From positions 131,068-195,067 of the forward strand of contig CAYXJN010000001.1 of NCBI GenBank assembly GCA_964464605.1: 64,000 nucleotides of DNA, given 5' to 3'. The notes under the pieces are model-generated. The model was not told where the DNA came from. It worked only from the letters and a program-made list of their open reading frames with translations, and made no database searches. Shown here one piece after another: positions 49,701 through 58,599 of the stretch (position 1 is its first letter; every line of letters begins with the position of its first letter). This DNA is from an uncultured Ignavibacteriales bacterium (GTDB lineage: Bacteria; Zixibacteria; MSB-5A5; GN15; FEB-12). A program made the translations under genes and the position numbers.

Positions 49701-50264
49701 AGGCGTTCCCATAACCGAACCGGTGCGAGTGAGATTGTTTCTGGAAGAAATCTGATGCGCCAACCCAAAATCCATGATCTTAACACGATGGTCAGCACTG
49801 ATCATAATATTATCCGGTTTCAGATCACGATGAATAATCCCGCCGGAATGTGCCGCCGCAACACCGCTCGCGATTTCCCGCATAATTTCAATAACTGCCT
49901 CCGGCGATAGCGATTTATGTTTCAAAATCGACTTAAGGGTCTCCCCCTCTAAATACTCCATCGCGATAAACGGACGACCGTCGAACTCCCCGACCTCATA
50001 AATTGTCACGATATTAGGATGATTCAACTGCGCGGCTGCTTGTGCTTCCTGCATAAATCGTGACCTATGGGATATTTCTTTTATCAGATGAACCGGCAAA
50101 AATTTAAGGGCTACGTTGCGATTCAACCTGGTATCATAGACACGATACACTTCTCCCATACCGCCTGCACCCAAATAACCATCAACTCGGTACTGCGAAA
50201 TCTGCGTACCTACCAAAATAACGGCGTGTGATACCGTTTTATCCTGATCATCCGGTATGGTCAT
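46707..50264 (-). CDS. Ser/Thr kinase - STAND-type ATPase - TPR multidomain protein
   Basis: Kinase motifs GAGGMGEVY/HRDLKPDN/DFG; VGRE, GEAGIGKSR Walker A, LIIDDLQWAD Walker B, GNPLF; long TPR array; start moved to ATG 50264. Confidence 0.9.
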   Translation of the reverse strand: MTIPDDQDKTVSHAVILVGTQISQYRVDGYLGAGGMGEVYRVYDTRLNRNVALKFLPVHLIKEISHRSRFMQEAQAAAQLNHPNIVTIYEVGEFDGRPFIAMEYLEGETLKSILKHKSLSPEAVIEIMREIASGVAAAHSGGIIHRDLKPDNIMISADHRVKIMDFGLAHQISSRNNLTRTGSVMGTPHYMSPEQIQGEQLDPRTDIFSLGIIFYELLAGSRPFDGDYHLAVLYAIVNHQPQPLEELAPFAPTELVSIAMKCLAKQKEERFHNGEVLFAELRSIGQQTTPVQTPRLQFISTDQNLLSVQQEMVGREAIVAKITDQLRQVLAGHGATIFASGEAGIGKSRFASAISGIARSHGMNVLHGRCLYEEGQLPYHPFASALKSAFIRVDDHFLASLTAKGKTHGVDLTPLIPVIKSFLNISSDSITLLNKEQLWDAVLSLLSVIATERPILLIIDDLQWADKPTLALFSYLARSSSSLPIMLVGLHREEERREGQTDSGSLEQITRQLRIDNIADMIELKRFTMQETVQLLVNLHEGEAIDPRFAQAVYDRSLGNPLFSIELVKLLRANNRVELVNGTWRLTDTARALPVPQRVQDVIINRLEGIGGELRELLEFASCEGESFPSDILVGCLKRNRIEVLKILQALEKEHALIRHKEHLYYFDHPLIREVLYDGILPELREEYHRLIADWLIERHAKDREYASRIAHHLLASRQNQQAVTYLLLAADQAKELYALENASGFYQKALTLVSGTSANASEEQSAAIHEGLGDTYFLLGKTEDARNCFDRLLTFATVNQHALRKAVIQRKLSEVHRILGNTQESFVMAEQSLAVMKTQNNNFEMVRSLNALGFLHFNRHADWRTAMPILSEALTLAKSADDTAGQIISLNNLALAHVHQGDFPTALQELEEAKRLQNLTGDIRGLAQTENHLGLGYFPRGRFEEAIHSFQASLDIRRRISDNNGLPGSINGLADAYRELGDVKKATGLHLQALDMARQLNNKAAQCDNLRDLGVDMLKLGDFERAGQFLHEGLALSTAINHLWYQIRTNTTLGLYYWQIGNMSEAESYSVKAIEMARQSEARELIIDGLWVRGKVVAAAGRFNDAIPMLEEAITHAKDGIFRSYLWRMERDVAELYRKANNPDKANQALAAAKETINEIISFLPTPEFQTVFLATPGVKECLK

Positions 50265-50451
50265 ATCTGAATCCGAGTTATAGAGAACCAACATATTCAG
50301 CAGTTCCCGGCAAGGCAACTAAACAAAAGCGCTTCGCCGTAACCTATGTTCTGGTTTATGGTTGGAGTTTTCGTACTTAAACATCACGCTGAATATATTC
50401 CTAACTTGACTCACCTCTATGCTAACATTCTAATTTCGTTTTAGAGAACGT

Positions 50452-51021
50452 ATGACTTTGAAGCAGGCAACCAGAAAAAATGAAAAAACCGGTTTTACCG
50501 GAACACGTTTGCTCTGCCTTATTCGCCATGGAGAAGCTGCTCCCAAAGATGTCGGCTTAGATGACTTTGAACGTTCCTTGACACCGAAGGGCATAAAAGA
50601 ATGCGAGAAAGTTGCGAAAGTTTTGTATAAAACCAATTGCACATTCGACCTGTTTATCTCCAGCCCGGCCGATCGCGCAGTAGAGACTGCACATCTTTTC
50701 GCCACTGAGCTTAACTATCCGATACAACAAATTCAGATCGTGAATGCACTTTACTCCGCTCACTCACCATCCGGAGTGCTTCCGATCTTACGGAAAACCG
50801 ATGATTCAATTCGGTCGGTTGCATTGTTTGGGCATAATCCGCTGTTCAGCGATTTAGCCGCTTATTTTCTTGAAAATTTCGAGCAGTCGATGGTAAAGGG
50901 ATCGGCTGTTGGTATTGCATTACATGATACCGCGTGGCATAAACTTGACCGAAACGCAGGGTTGTTCGCTTTTTATGCCACGCCGAACGACAAACATACT
51001 CACCTGAAAGCTGTGCAGTAA
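50452..51021 (+). CDS. sixA: SixA-family phosphohistidine phosphatase
   Basis: LIRHG.A, DFER.LT..G, SSPA.RA.ETA, FGHNP. Confidence 0.85.
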   Translation: MTLKQATRKNEKTGFTGTRLLCLIRHGEAAPKDVGLDDFERSLTPKGIKECEKVAKVLYKTNCTFDLFISSPADRAVETAHLFATELNYPIQQIQIVNALYSAHSPSGVLPILRKTDDSIRSVALFGHNPLFSDLAAYFLENFEQSMVKGSAVGIALHDTAWHKLDRNAGLFAFYATPNDKHTHLKAVQ

Positions 51022-51078
51022 GCTTTAAGCCGGTCACCAAAGCGGCCTGCACAGACTGATGACACACACCGAGACGAC

Positions 51079-53190
51079 ATGAGCAAACTAAACGGAACTG
51101 GTCACGTTCCGCTAACCAGCAAGGAAATCAGCTGGTTATCGTTTAATGAACGGGTGCTCGATGAAGCGTCCGACCATACTGTACCGTTATAAGAGCGATT
51201 CCGTTTTCTCGGAATTTATTCATCCAATCTTGATGAGTTTTTCCGGGTTCGCGTTGCAACACTCAATCGCTTGAGTGAGATGCAATCAAAAAAGGCGATC
51301 GCCCTGATCGGCCATGACCCGCGCAAAGTGCTCAAGCGTGTGCACAAAACCGTTTTAGAACAGCAGGTAAAATTCGATCAAACATATCAGCAGCTTCTTC
51401 AGGACTTAGCCAAAGAGCACATTTTTATCGTCGATGAAAAACAGCTGACCGCAGAACAAGGCAGCGTGGTAAAAGAGTATTTTCATAATGTCGTTCGGCC
51501 AAAACTGTTTCCGATCATGTTATCTGCAACGACCAAGTTTCCGGAACTCAAGGATAAATCGATTTATCTGGCGGTTGTGCTTTCCAAAAAAAAGAGCAAA
51601 GACAAACCGCAATACGCCTTAATTGAAATTCCGACCGATACTCTTACCCGTTTTCTTATTTTGCCGCAGGTAAGTGATGAGCGATTTATTATGCTGTTGG
51701 ATGATGTCATCCGTTACAACCTGCCGGCAATTTTCTCGGCACTCGATTATGATACCTTTAACGCCTACACGATAAAACTGACGCGGGATGCCGAGCTCGA
51801 TATCGATCATGATATGTTTGAAAGTTATGTGCGCAAGGTGCACAAGAGCCTCAAGCAGCGCAAGGAAGGGGACCCCGTGCGATTGGTTGTCGATAGTCGG
51901 ATTCCGCCGGATCTGCTCAAACTGATCGTAAAAAAACTGGAACTCGGGAAAACCGATCCGGTCATTCTTGGATCAAGATATCATAATTACAAAGACTTTA
52001 CCAACTTTCCGGAGATTGGCAGAAAATTGCTTCGCTATGCTCCCCTGCCGCAGTTATCGCATCCGGATATTACAAACCATAAGAGCATTTTAGGTGCGGT
52101 GACGAAAAAAGATATCATGCTCACCTTTCCGTATCACACGTTTGATCACGTGATTGATCTGCTGCGGGAGGCATCGATTGACCCGGAAGTCACTTCCATA
52201 AAAATCACGCTGTATCGAGCTGCGCAGAATTCAAGCGTGGTAAACGCACTCATGAACGCAGCAAAAAACGGAAAAGCGGTAGTTGCCGTTGTCGAATTAC
52301 AGGCTCGTTTTGATGAAGAAGCAAATATCTTTTGGGCGAACCAGCTGCAAGAAGTTGGCGCCAAAGTCGTGTTCGGCGTACCGGGATTGAAAGTGCATAT
52401 GAAAGTATGCCTCATCACGCGAACAGATCAGAAAGAATCACCGCATGTGGTCGCAATCGGTACCGGTAATTTCAACGAAGATACGGCCAAAGTATACACC
52501 GATCACCTGCTCTTGACTGCCAACAAGAAAATTACTAAAGAGGCCGACCGGTTGTTCGAGTTTCTGGAAAGCAATTACAAGAAAACCACGTTCAGCCAGT
52601 TGCTCGTTTCACCGTTCAATATGCGCCGTAAATTGACACGCCTTATTCAAAGCGAAATCGATAATGCGGAAAGAGGAAAACCCGCTCATATTTTCCTGAA
52701 ACTGAACCATCTGACCGATTCGCTCATGATAAAACAGTTATATAAGGCGAGTCAGGCGGGTGTGAATGTCCGGTTGGTTGTTCGCGGTATGTTCTCGTTG
52801 CAGCCGGGAGTGCCGGATTTGAGTGAAAATATCAGTGCAGTGCGAATTGTCGACCGGTTTTTAGAACATGTTCGCGTCATGGTGTTCGCCAACGGGGGAA
52901 ATGAAAAATATTATATAACATCCGGCGACTGGATGCCGCGCAATCTTGATCGGCGGATTGAAGTTGCCTGTCCGATCATCGACCCGGAATTAAAACAGGA
53001 ACTAAAAGAGCTTCTCGAATTTCAGTGGCGGGACAATACCAAGAGCAAGCATCATGATGAGCGCTCGCAGGAAGAAGCCGTGAGCAAAAAGTCGAAAGCA
53101 TCGTACCGAGCCCAAACAGACACCTATGATTTCTTACATAAAAAAGAACAAGTTGGACCGATGAAACAAAAAAGCGGAAAAACCAAATGA
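51079..53190 (+). pseudogene. ppk1: Polyphosphate kinase 1 interrupted by one in-frame TAA at codon 38 (real nonsense mutation or sequence error)
   Basis: ATG 51079 is in frame with the 51271 ORF: [59 protein letters not shown]...; TAA at 51190-51192; downstream ARFDEEAN, LKVH, GTGNFN, RFLEH, DWMPRNLDRR intact. Confidence 0.9.
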
Positions 53191-54083
53191 TAAAACTGGC
53201 TGCTATCGATATTGGCTCCAACGCGGTTAGATTAATGCTTTCCTGCGTGTATGAAAGCAAGGCAGAAACAACATTCATTAAAGAATCGCTCGTCCGCGTT
53301 CCGTTGCGGCTTGGTGAGGATGTGTTCACCCACCAGCGTATCACCAAAGAAAAAATCGAACGGCTTGGGACGGTCATGCTCGCATTTAGGCACTTGATAG
53401 AGGCATACGAAGCGGTTGACGTTATCGCCTGCGCGACATCCGCAATGCGGGAAGCGAAAAACGGCAAAGAGGTCGCCAAAGCGGTTAAAAAGCGATCCGG
53501 ACTCGATGTTGAAATTATCGAAGGAAAGCGAGAAGCCGCGATTATTTATTCCAGCCATGTCGGGCTGATGTTAAAACTGAACTCCCCTCTTTTGTATGTC
53601 GATGTCGGCGGCGGCAGCACCGAATTGACGTTATTGCTGCGAAACAAAATTATCGAATCGGCATCGTTCAAAATCGGTACCGTGCGTATGCTCAAAAAAG
53701 GGCGACCGAAGCTTGAATGGGAACGGATGAAAACCTGGCTGCGCAATAATGTCGAACCGCACCATCCCATCGCCGCAATCGGCACCGGCGGAAGTATCAA
53801 TAATATTTTCCGGCTTTCCAGAAAGAAGGAAGGAAAACCGATTTCGTATAAACTCATCAAAGAGATTCGGGAGTTCGTAAATTCATACACGGTCGATGAG
53901 CGAATCAAAATCCTCGGACTGCGACCGGACCGGGCGGATGTTATTGTCGGCGCTTCCGATATTTATCTCGGCGTGATGAAATCAGCCGGAGTGAAACAAA
54001 TGTATGTCCCCATGCTTGGCTTATGTGACGGCCTGATACACGTGCTGTATGAAAAAATCAAAGCCAAACATATTGACATCTAA
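53187..54083 (+). CDS. ppx: Exopolyphosphatase / Ppx-GppA family (short form)
   Basis: AAIDIGSNAVR, ATSAMREA.NG, DVGGGSTE, GTGG, DRADVI; ATGA overlap with ppk1. Confidence 0.9.
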   Translation: MIKLAAIDIGSNAVRLMLSCVYESKAETTFIKESLVRVPLRLGEDVFTHQRITKEKIERLGTVMLAFRHLIEAYEAVDVIACATSAMREAKNGKEVAKAVKKRSGLDVEIIEGKREAAIIYSSHVGLMLKLNSPLLYVDVGGGSTELTLLLRNKIIESASFKIGTVRMLKKGRPKLEWERMKTWLRNNVEPHHPIAAIGTGGSINNIFRLSRKKEGKPISYKLIKEIREFVNSYTVDERIKILGLRPDRADVIVGASDIYLGVMKSAGVKQMYVPMLGLCDGLIHVLYEKIKAKHIDI

Positions 54084-54963
54084 GCGCTCCTTTGCTTCCG
54101 GAATCGACACTTATTTTTCCAAGCGTACAAACGCTTTAAAAAGGCATATCAATGACGCTGAACAGTATTATGGAGTTGAAGCAATCCATGATCTCCGGGT
54201 CGAAATCAAACGGATCCGCGCACTTTACAATTTGATTCATGCTGTAGCTCCTTCATTCAACGCCGAGCAGCATATTGAAAAATCCCGCAAGCTATTCAAA
54301 AAGGCGGGGATGCTTCGTGATGTCGATATCCAGCAAAATATCATTCGGGAAGGACACAAAACCTACGATTTGAGTGAATACCTTAACTATTTAAAAAAGC
54401 AAGAGTTAGTATTACGTCCGGAATTTTCAACCGCTTGCCATTCCTTTCGTACTCAATCGCTGAAATCGAGTCATGACGCGGTTATGAAAACAATCGCAAA
54501 ACTGTCGCACGAACAATTACAGACTAAAATTGAAAAATACGCTGATACGGTGCTGAAAAAGATCAAAGCGCTTTTACTTCGGAAAACGAAAAGAAGCCAG
54601 AGCCTGCACGATATCCGCAAACTAACCAAAGTTGCGCGCTATACGCTGGATGTGTGGAAACTCGGCATGGGGTCTTCACTGCCTGTCGAAAAGACGCTGA
54701 AAGAGTTAAAGTCTGCTGCTAACGCGTTAGGAGAATGGCGGGATATAGGAATTGCTCGTGAGTCTTTAGCTTCATATCTGGAGCATGATGCACCGACAAC
54801 CCTTTTTTCCCGACAGGATTACACCAAATACCTGCGAATGTTAGGATTTCGTGAGGAGACACTGCTTGCCAAATACCGAAAGTCTACCCCTTCGCTCTCG
54901 GCCGCTATCAACGCATTCGAGAAGAATAAAAAAAGAGTGACCAATTACAAACGCCGAGGTTGA
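54049..54963 (+). CDS. CHAD domain protein (polyphosphate-binding)
   Basis: EAIHDLRVEIKRIRA, G.LRDVDI, LHDIRKLTKVARY, LGEWRD; start uncertain (TTG 54073 possible). Confidence 0.85.
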   Translation: MKKSKPNILTSKRSFASGIDTYFSKRTNALKRHINDAEQYYGVEAIHDLRVEIKRIRALYNLIHAVAPSFNAEQHIEKSRKLFKKAGMLRDVDIQQNIIREGHKTYDLSEYLNYLKKQELVLRPEFSTACHSFRTQSLKSSHDAVMKTIAKLSHEQLQTKIEKYADTVLKKIKALLLRKTKRSQSLHDIRKLTKVARYTLDVWKLGMGSSLPVEKTLKELKSAANALGEWRDIGIARESLASYLEHDAPTTLFSRQDYTKYLRMLGFREETLLAKYRKSTPSLSAAINAFEKNKKRVTNYKRRG

Positions 54964-55019
54964 CAATGGCTGGTGATTCCTTTAGATATGGAAGAGAAAC
55001 TGCAGGCAAGGATAGCCCT

Positions 55020-55280
55020 ATGTCAGAACTACAATACTTACAAAATCTGGCGGATATGCTCGACATCTATGTCGGAGTAGAAACCCGTAAGTCTGTCCTT
55101 GAGGGTAATGAGCGGCTCACGCTTGCTACTGATGAGCAATCTTGGAACCAATACTTCTCACAAGTCGTCAATAAAATCGAAATCGCCGTCGGTCCTGAAA
55201 AAAGTAATAAGATATTGAGCGACATCGGCTATCTTTCCACTCATCCGTTTATTGCAAACTCCCGACAAGATTCATTTTAA
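55020..55280 (+). CDS. Small hypothetical protein
   Basis: ORF from ATG 55020 filling the gap; helical composition; no recognised family. Confidence 0.5.
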   Translation: MSELQYLQNLADMLDIYVGVETRKSVLEGNERLTLATDEQSWNQYFSQVVNKIEIAVGPEKSNKILSDIGYLSTHPFIANSRQDSF

Positions 55281-55389
55281 CTCATTTATTTTCTTAGACT
55301 TTCACCTGTCTCTTTTTCTGTTATAGAAAAGTCAGTTTCTGACCGTAAAGAAAGGCAGGAATTCAGACGATATAGAATTAAGGGTAGCA

Positions 55390-56247
55390 ATGAGCAATCA
55401 ATACGCACATCCAGAGGTTTTGGTTTCTACTGATTGGGTAAACGCTAATTTGACCGATCCGAAAATCAAACTGTTGGAAATTGATTTTAACACTTTTCAC
55501 TACGATGCCGGGCATCTTCCAGGAGCAATCGGGTTCAACTGGCAAACGCAACTTCAAGATCAACTCACTCGGAATATTCTGACCAAAGAACAATTTGAAA
55601 CATTAGTCGGTAATGCAGGTATCTCCGCTGATGATACGGTCATTATCTACGGCGACAGCAATAATTGGTTTGCTGCCTACGGATTCTGGCTTTTCAAAAT
55701 GTATGGTCATGCGGATCTACGGTTGATGGATGGTGGTCGTCAAAAATGGGTGAATGAAGAGGACAAACCGGTAGTGAAAGAGAAACCGAAACATACCCCG
55801 GTAAAATATATCGCCAAAGAACCCGACACATCCATGCGCGCATTCCTGCTTGAAGTGCTCGATGCAACAAAAAATGAAACCTGTACGATTATCGACGTTC
55901 GTACTACCCCTGAATATACCGGCCGAATGATTACCGCACCCGGCTCAAGCGAGCCGACGCTTCGCGGAGGACATATCCCCGGCGCTAAAGGGATCCCGTG
56001 GGGTGCGGCGGTTAATATCACTGACGGCACTTTTAAAACGGCAGACGAACTCAAGAAGATTTACATAGGTGAAAAAGGTGTCGATCCGAACAAACCGGCG
56101 ATTGTGTATTGCCGAATCGGTGAACGCTCCAGCCACACCTGGTTTGTGCTGAAATATCTTCTCGGATTAGAAAATGTCAAAAACTACGATGGCAGTTGGG
56201 CTGAGTACGGTAATGTCATCGGCGCCCCGATCGAAAAGCACGCCTGA
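55390..56247 (+). CDS. Tandem-rhodanese sulfurtransferase (CysA/SseA-like)
   Basis: LVSTDWV, GHLPGA, GGHIPGA, active site YCRIGERS, NYDGSWAEYG. Confidence 0.93.
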   Translation: MSNQYAHPEVLVSTDWVNANLTDPKIKLLEIDFNTFHYDAGHLPGAIGFNWQTQLQDQLTRNILTKEQFETLVGNAGISADDTVIIYGDSNNWFAAYGFWLFKMYGHADLRLMDGGRQKWVNEEDKPVVKEKPKHTPVKYIAKEPDTSMRAFLLEVLDATKNETCTIIDVRTTPEYTGRMITAPGSSEPTLRGGHIPGAKGIPWGAAVNITDGTFKTADELKKIYIGEKGVDPNKPAIVYCRIGERSSHTWFVLKYLLGLENVKNYDGSWAEYGNVIGAPIEKHA

Positions 56248-56251
56248 TAAC

Positions 56252-56280
56252 AAAAAGTCCTCTAACAAAGAGGGCTTTTT
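56252..56280. terminator. Bidirectional intrinsic terminator between convergent genes
   Basis: AAAAAGTCCTCT-AACAA-AGAGGGCTTTTT. Confidence 0.75.
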
Positions 56281-56291
56281 CTAACGTCCGA

Positions 56292-57110
56292 TTAATTCCC
56301 ACTCCATTGATAACGTAGGTCGCTTTCGAGAAAGCGTATGGTTACACGCGCAGTGTCCACCCATGTCGGCCGTGAATTTTCGATACTATCAAGAGCAGCT
56401 TCGAGAGCTTCGAATGATGATCCGTGCCACCAATCCGAAGAGTTATTAGGACATTCATAAAAATAACCGTGAAAATCGACACGGGCGTGATCAATCTCGA
56501 AATAGGCATACGCAAAATAGATATCGGGACAACGTTCTGAATAAAAAAAGTACTTGGTCGAATGCTTCCCTTCCACTCTGGCGATGTTTCCGATTCGCGG
56601 CCATGGTTTTTGCTGTACGCTCATCGCAGTCACACCGTGTAAATGTGCAGCTTCTATTTGTTCGGCCAGGCGTTCAGGATGAGTTTTTACCGGTAATCGC
56701 AAATAAAAAAACCGACTGAGAAACGTTGACACTATAAAATTATTTTGAGCAACATAGTTATTCCACTCCGTATTGGTACCCGCATGGATAGCAACAGCAG
56801 TAGCACTATCGAACCGTAATCCTACAGCTTCCCCCTGCCATGGAGTTTCAAAACGCGCACCGGGAAATTCAGTTAAGACATCTTTCCAGCGGGTGCGAAT
56901 TCTTTCCAACTCATGTGAAATTTTTCGGGTCAATTTCTCCGGCGGGTACATTTCTCCTGAATAATACAATGCCATATCCTGCGCTTCAATGCTATACGGT
57001 AGTTCGGACAAATCAACGGGGTCGCTTGCGGTCGGTTTATCGGAGTCGCAGGCAGTGAACAAGAGAAAAAGTAAGATATGAACCCTGATTGACAGGTTCG
57101 GGCGAAGCAT
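56292..57110 (-). CDS. Hypothetical lipoprotein
   Basis: MLRPNLSIRVHILLFLLFTAC lipobox from ATG 57110; no family recognised. Confidence 0.6.
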   Translation of the reverse strand: MLRPNLSIRVHILLFLLFTACDSDKPTASDPVDLSELPYSIEAQDMALYYSGEMYPPEKLTRKISHELERIRTRWKDVLTEFPGARFETPWQGEAVGLRFDSATAVAIHAGTNTEWNNYVAQNNFIVSTFLSRFFYLRLPVKTHPERLAEQIEAAHLHGVTAMSVQQKPWPRIGNIARVEGKHSTKYFFYSERCPDIYFAYAYFEIDHARVDFHGYFYECPNNSSDWWHGSSFEALEAALDSIENSRPTWVDTARVTIRFLESDLRYQWSGN

Positions 57111-57183
57111 GTATCTAATATAGTTCATTTTCAGAGCTATGCAACTTTTACCCGGAATGAACAAAATTCGCGCTGGAGGAGAT

Positions 57184-58596
57184 ATGACGCCGGAATCACC
57201 CTTTCACCCCGTACTTGAAAAAGCGACAGCCTACGCGCTGGATTATCTACGCAGCATAGACAACATGTCGGTAGCGGCTACCGCTACCAAAGAGGAGCTG
57301 CGGCAACGGTTGTTCCGCCCGCTGATTGATGCCGGGGTTGACCCGACACAAGTAATCGACGAATTGGTGCGGGACACAAAAGGTGGGTTGCTTAATTCTA
57401 CCAACGCAAGATTCTACGCCTGGGTGATCGGTGGATCCCTCCCTGCTGCTTTGGCTGCCGACTGGTTAACGTCAACATGGGATCAAAACTCCGGGTTATA
57501 CGCCTGCTCACCGGCTGAGGCAGTCATCGAAGAAGTATGCGGCGAGTGGTTAAAAGAGCTGCTCGGTATTCCTAAAACCGCCAGCTTTGCGCTGGTTACG
57601 GGATGTCAGATGTCGCACTTCACTTGCCTTGCTGCCGCCCGGCATCATCTGCTTGCAGTAAGAGGGTGGGATGTAGAACGAAAAGGGCTTTTTGGTGCAC
57701 CGCCGATACGGGTCATTACCGGTGAACGGCATGGAACACTCGACCGGGCAATACAAATGGTTGGGTTCGGGCTTGATAGCATCACCCCGTTACCGGTAAA
57801 CGCAAACGGCCAACTCGAACCGGAAACACTGGCTGAAACGTTGGAAAAATACAAAGCACAGCCTTGTATTGTGGCGTTGCAGGCCGGCGATATTAACACC
57901 GGCAGCTTTGATGATTTTACCAGACTTATTCCGGTGGCGCATAAGTATAACGCGTGGGTGCATATTGACGGCGCTTTCGGATTATGGGTGCGGCCGAGTA
58001 CTGCCTACGGACATTTTATGAACGGCGCTGAATCAGCGGATTCATGGAGTACTGATGGCCATAAATGGTTAAATGTACCGTACGACAGCGGCTATGCGTT
58101 TGTAGCTCATCCTGAATCACACCGAGCTTCGCTTTCTCATAAGGCGAGTTATTTGACGCATGCTGATGATGCCCGCGATCAAATGGACTGGAACCCTGAA
58201 TGGTCCCGTCGGGGAAGAGGAATTGCTACCTATGCGGCTATTCGCCAACTTGGTCGAACGGGAATCGTCGAAATGATTGACCGAAATTGTCGGTGCGCCA
58301 AGGAGCTTGTCATTGGTATCGGTTCTTTGCAAGGAGCAGAAATGGTATGGGAACCGACTATCAATCAAGGTATGGTTCGCTTTTTGGATTCACGCCCGAA
58401 TGCAACCGATGAGCATCATTCACAGCGCACCGATACAATCATTGAAGAAATCAACCGCCTTGGCGAAGCATTTTTTACCGGAACAACCTGGCGAGGGAAA
58501 CGGTGCATGCGTGTATCTGTGTGTAATTGGCAGACTGACGAAGCCGATGTTGCCCGCACGGTTGAAACGGTCAAGCGGGCGTTGACCGTAGCCTAA
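57184..58596 (+). CDS. Group II PLP-dependent amino-acid decarboxylase
   Basis: RFYAWVIGG, WDQN, AWVHIDGAFGLW, DSWSTDGHKWLNVPYD (PLP Lys); start ATG 57184 (RBS GGAGGAG). Confidence 0.92.
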   Translation: MTPESPFHPVLEKATAYALDYLRSIDNMSVAATATKEELRQRLFRPLIDAGVDPTQVIDELVRDTKGGLLNSTNARFYAWVIGGSLPAALAADWLTSTWDQNSGLYACSPAEAVIEEVCGEWLKELLGIPKTASFALVTGCQMSHFTCLAAARHHLLAVRGWDVERKGLFGAPPIRVITGERHGTLDRAIQMVGFGLDSITPLPVNANGQLEPETLAETLEKYKAQPCIVALQAGDINTGSFDDFTRLIPVAHKYNAWVHIDGAFGLWVRPSTAYGHFMNGAESADSWSTDGHKWLNVPYDSGYAFVAHPESHRASLSHKASYLTHADDARDQMDWNPEWSRRGRGIATYAAIRQLGRTGIVEMIDRNCRCAKELVIGIGSLQGAEMVWEPTINQGMVRFLDSRPNATDEHHSQRTDTIIEEINRLGEAFFTGTTWRGKRCMRVSVCNWQTDEADVARTVETVKRALTVA

Positions 58597-58599
58597 TCG

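Noticed and set aside
51190..51192. Stop-codon reassignment or selenocysteine/pyrrolysine explanation for the ppk1 stop
   Set aside because: The codon is TAA, not TGA or TAG; TAA ends many genes in this window; no other gene shows internal stops
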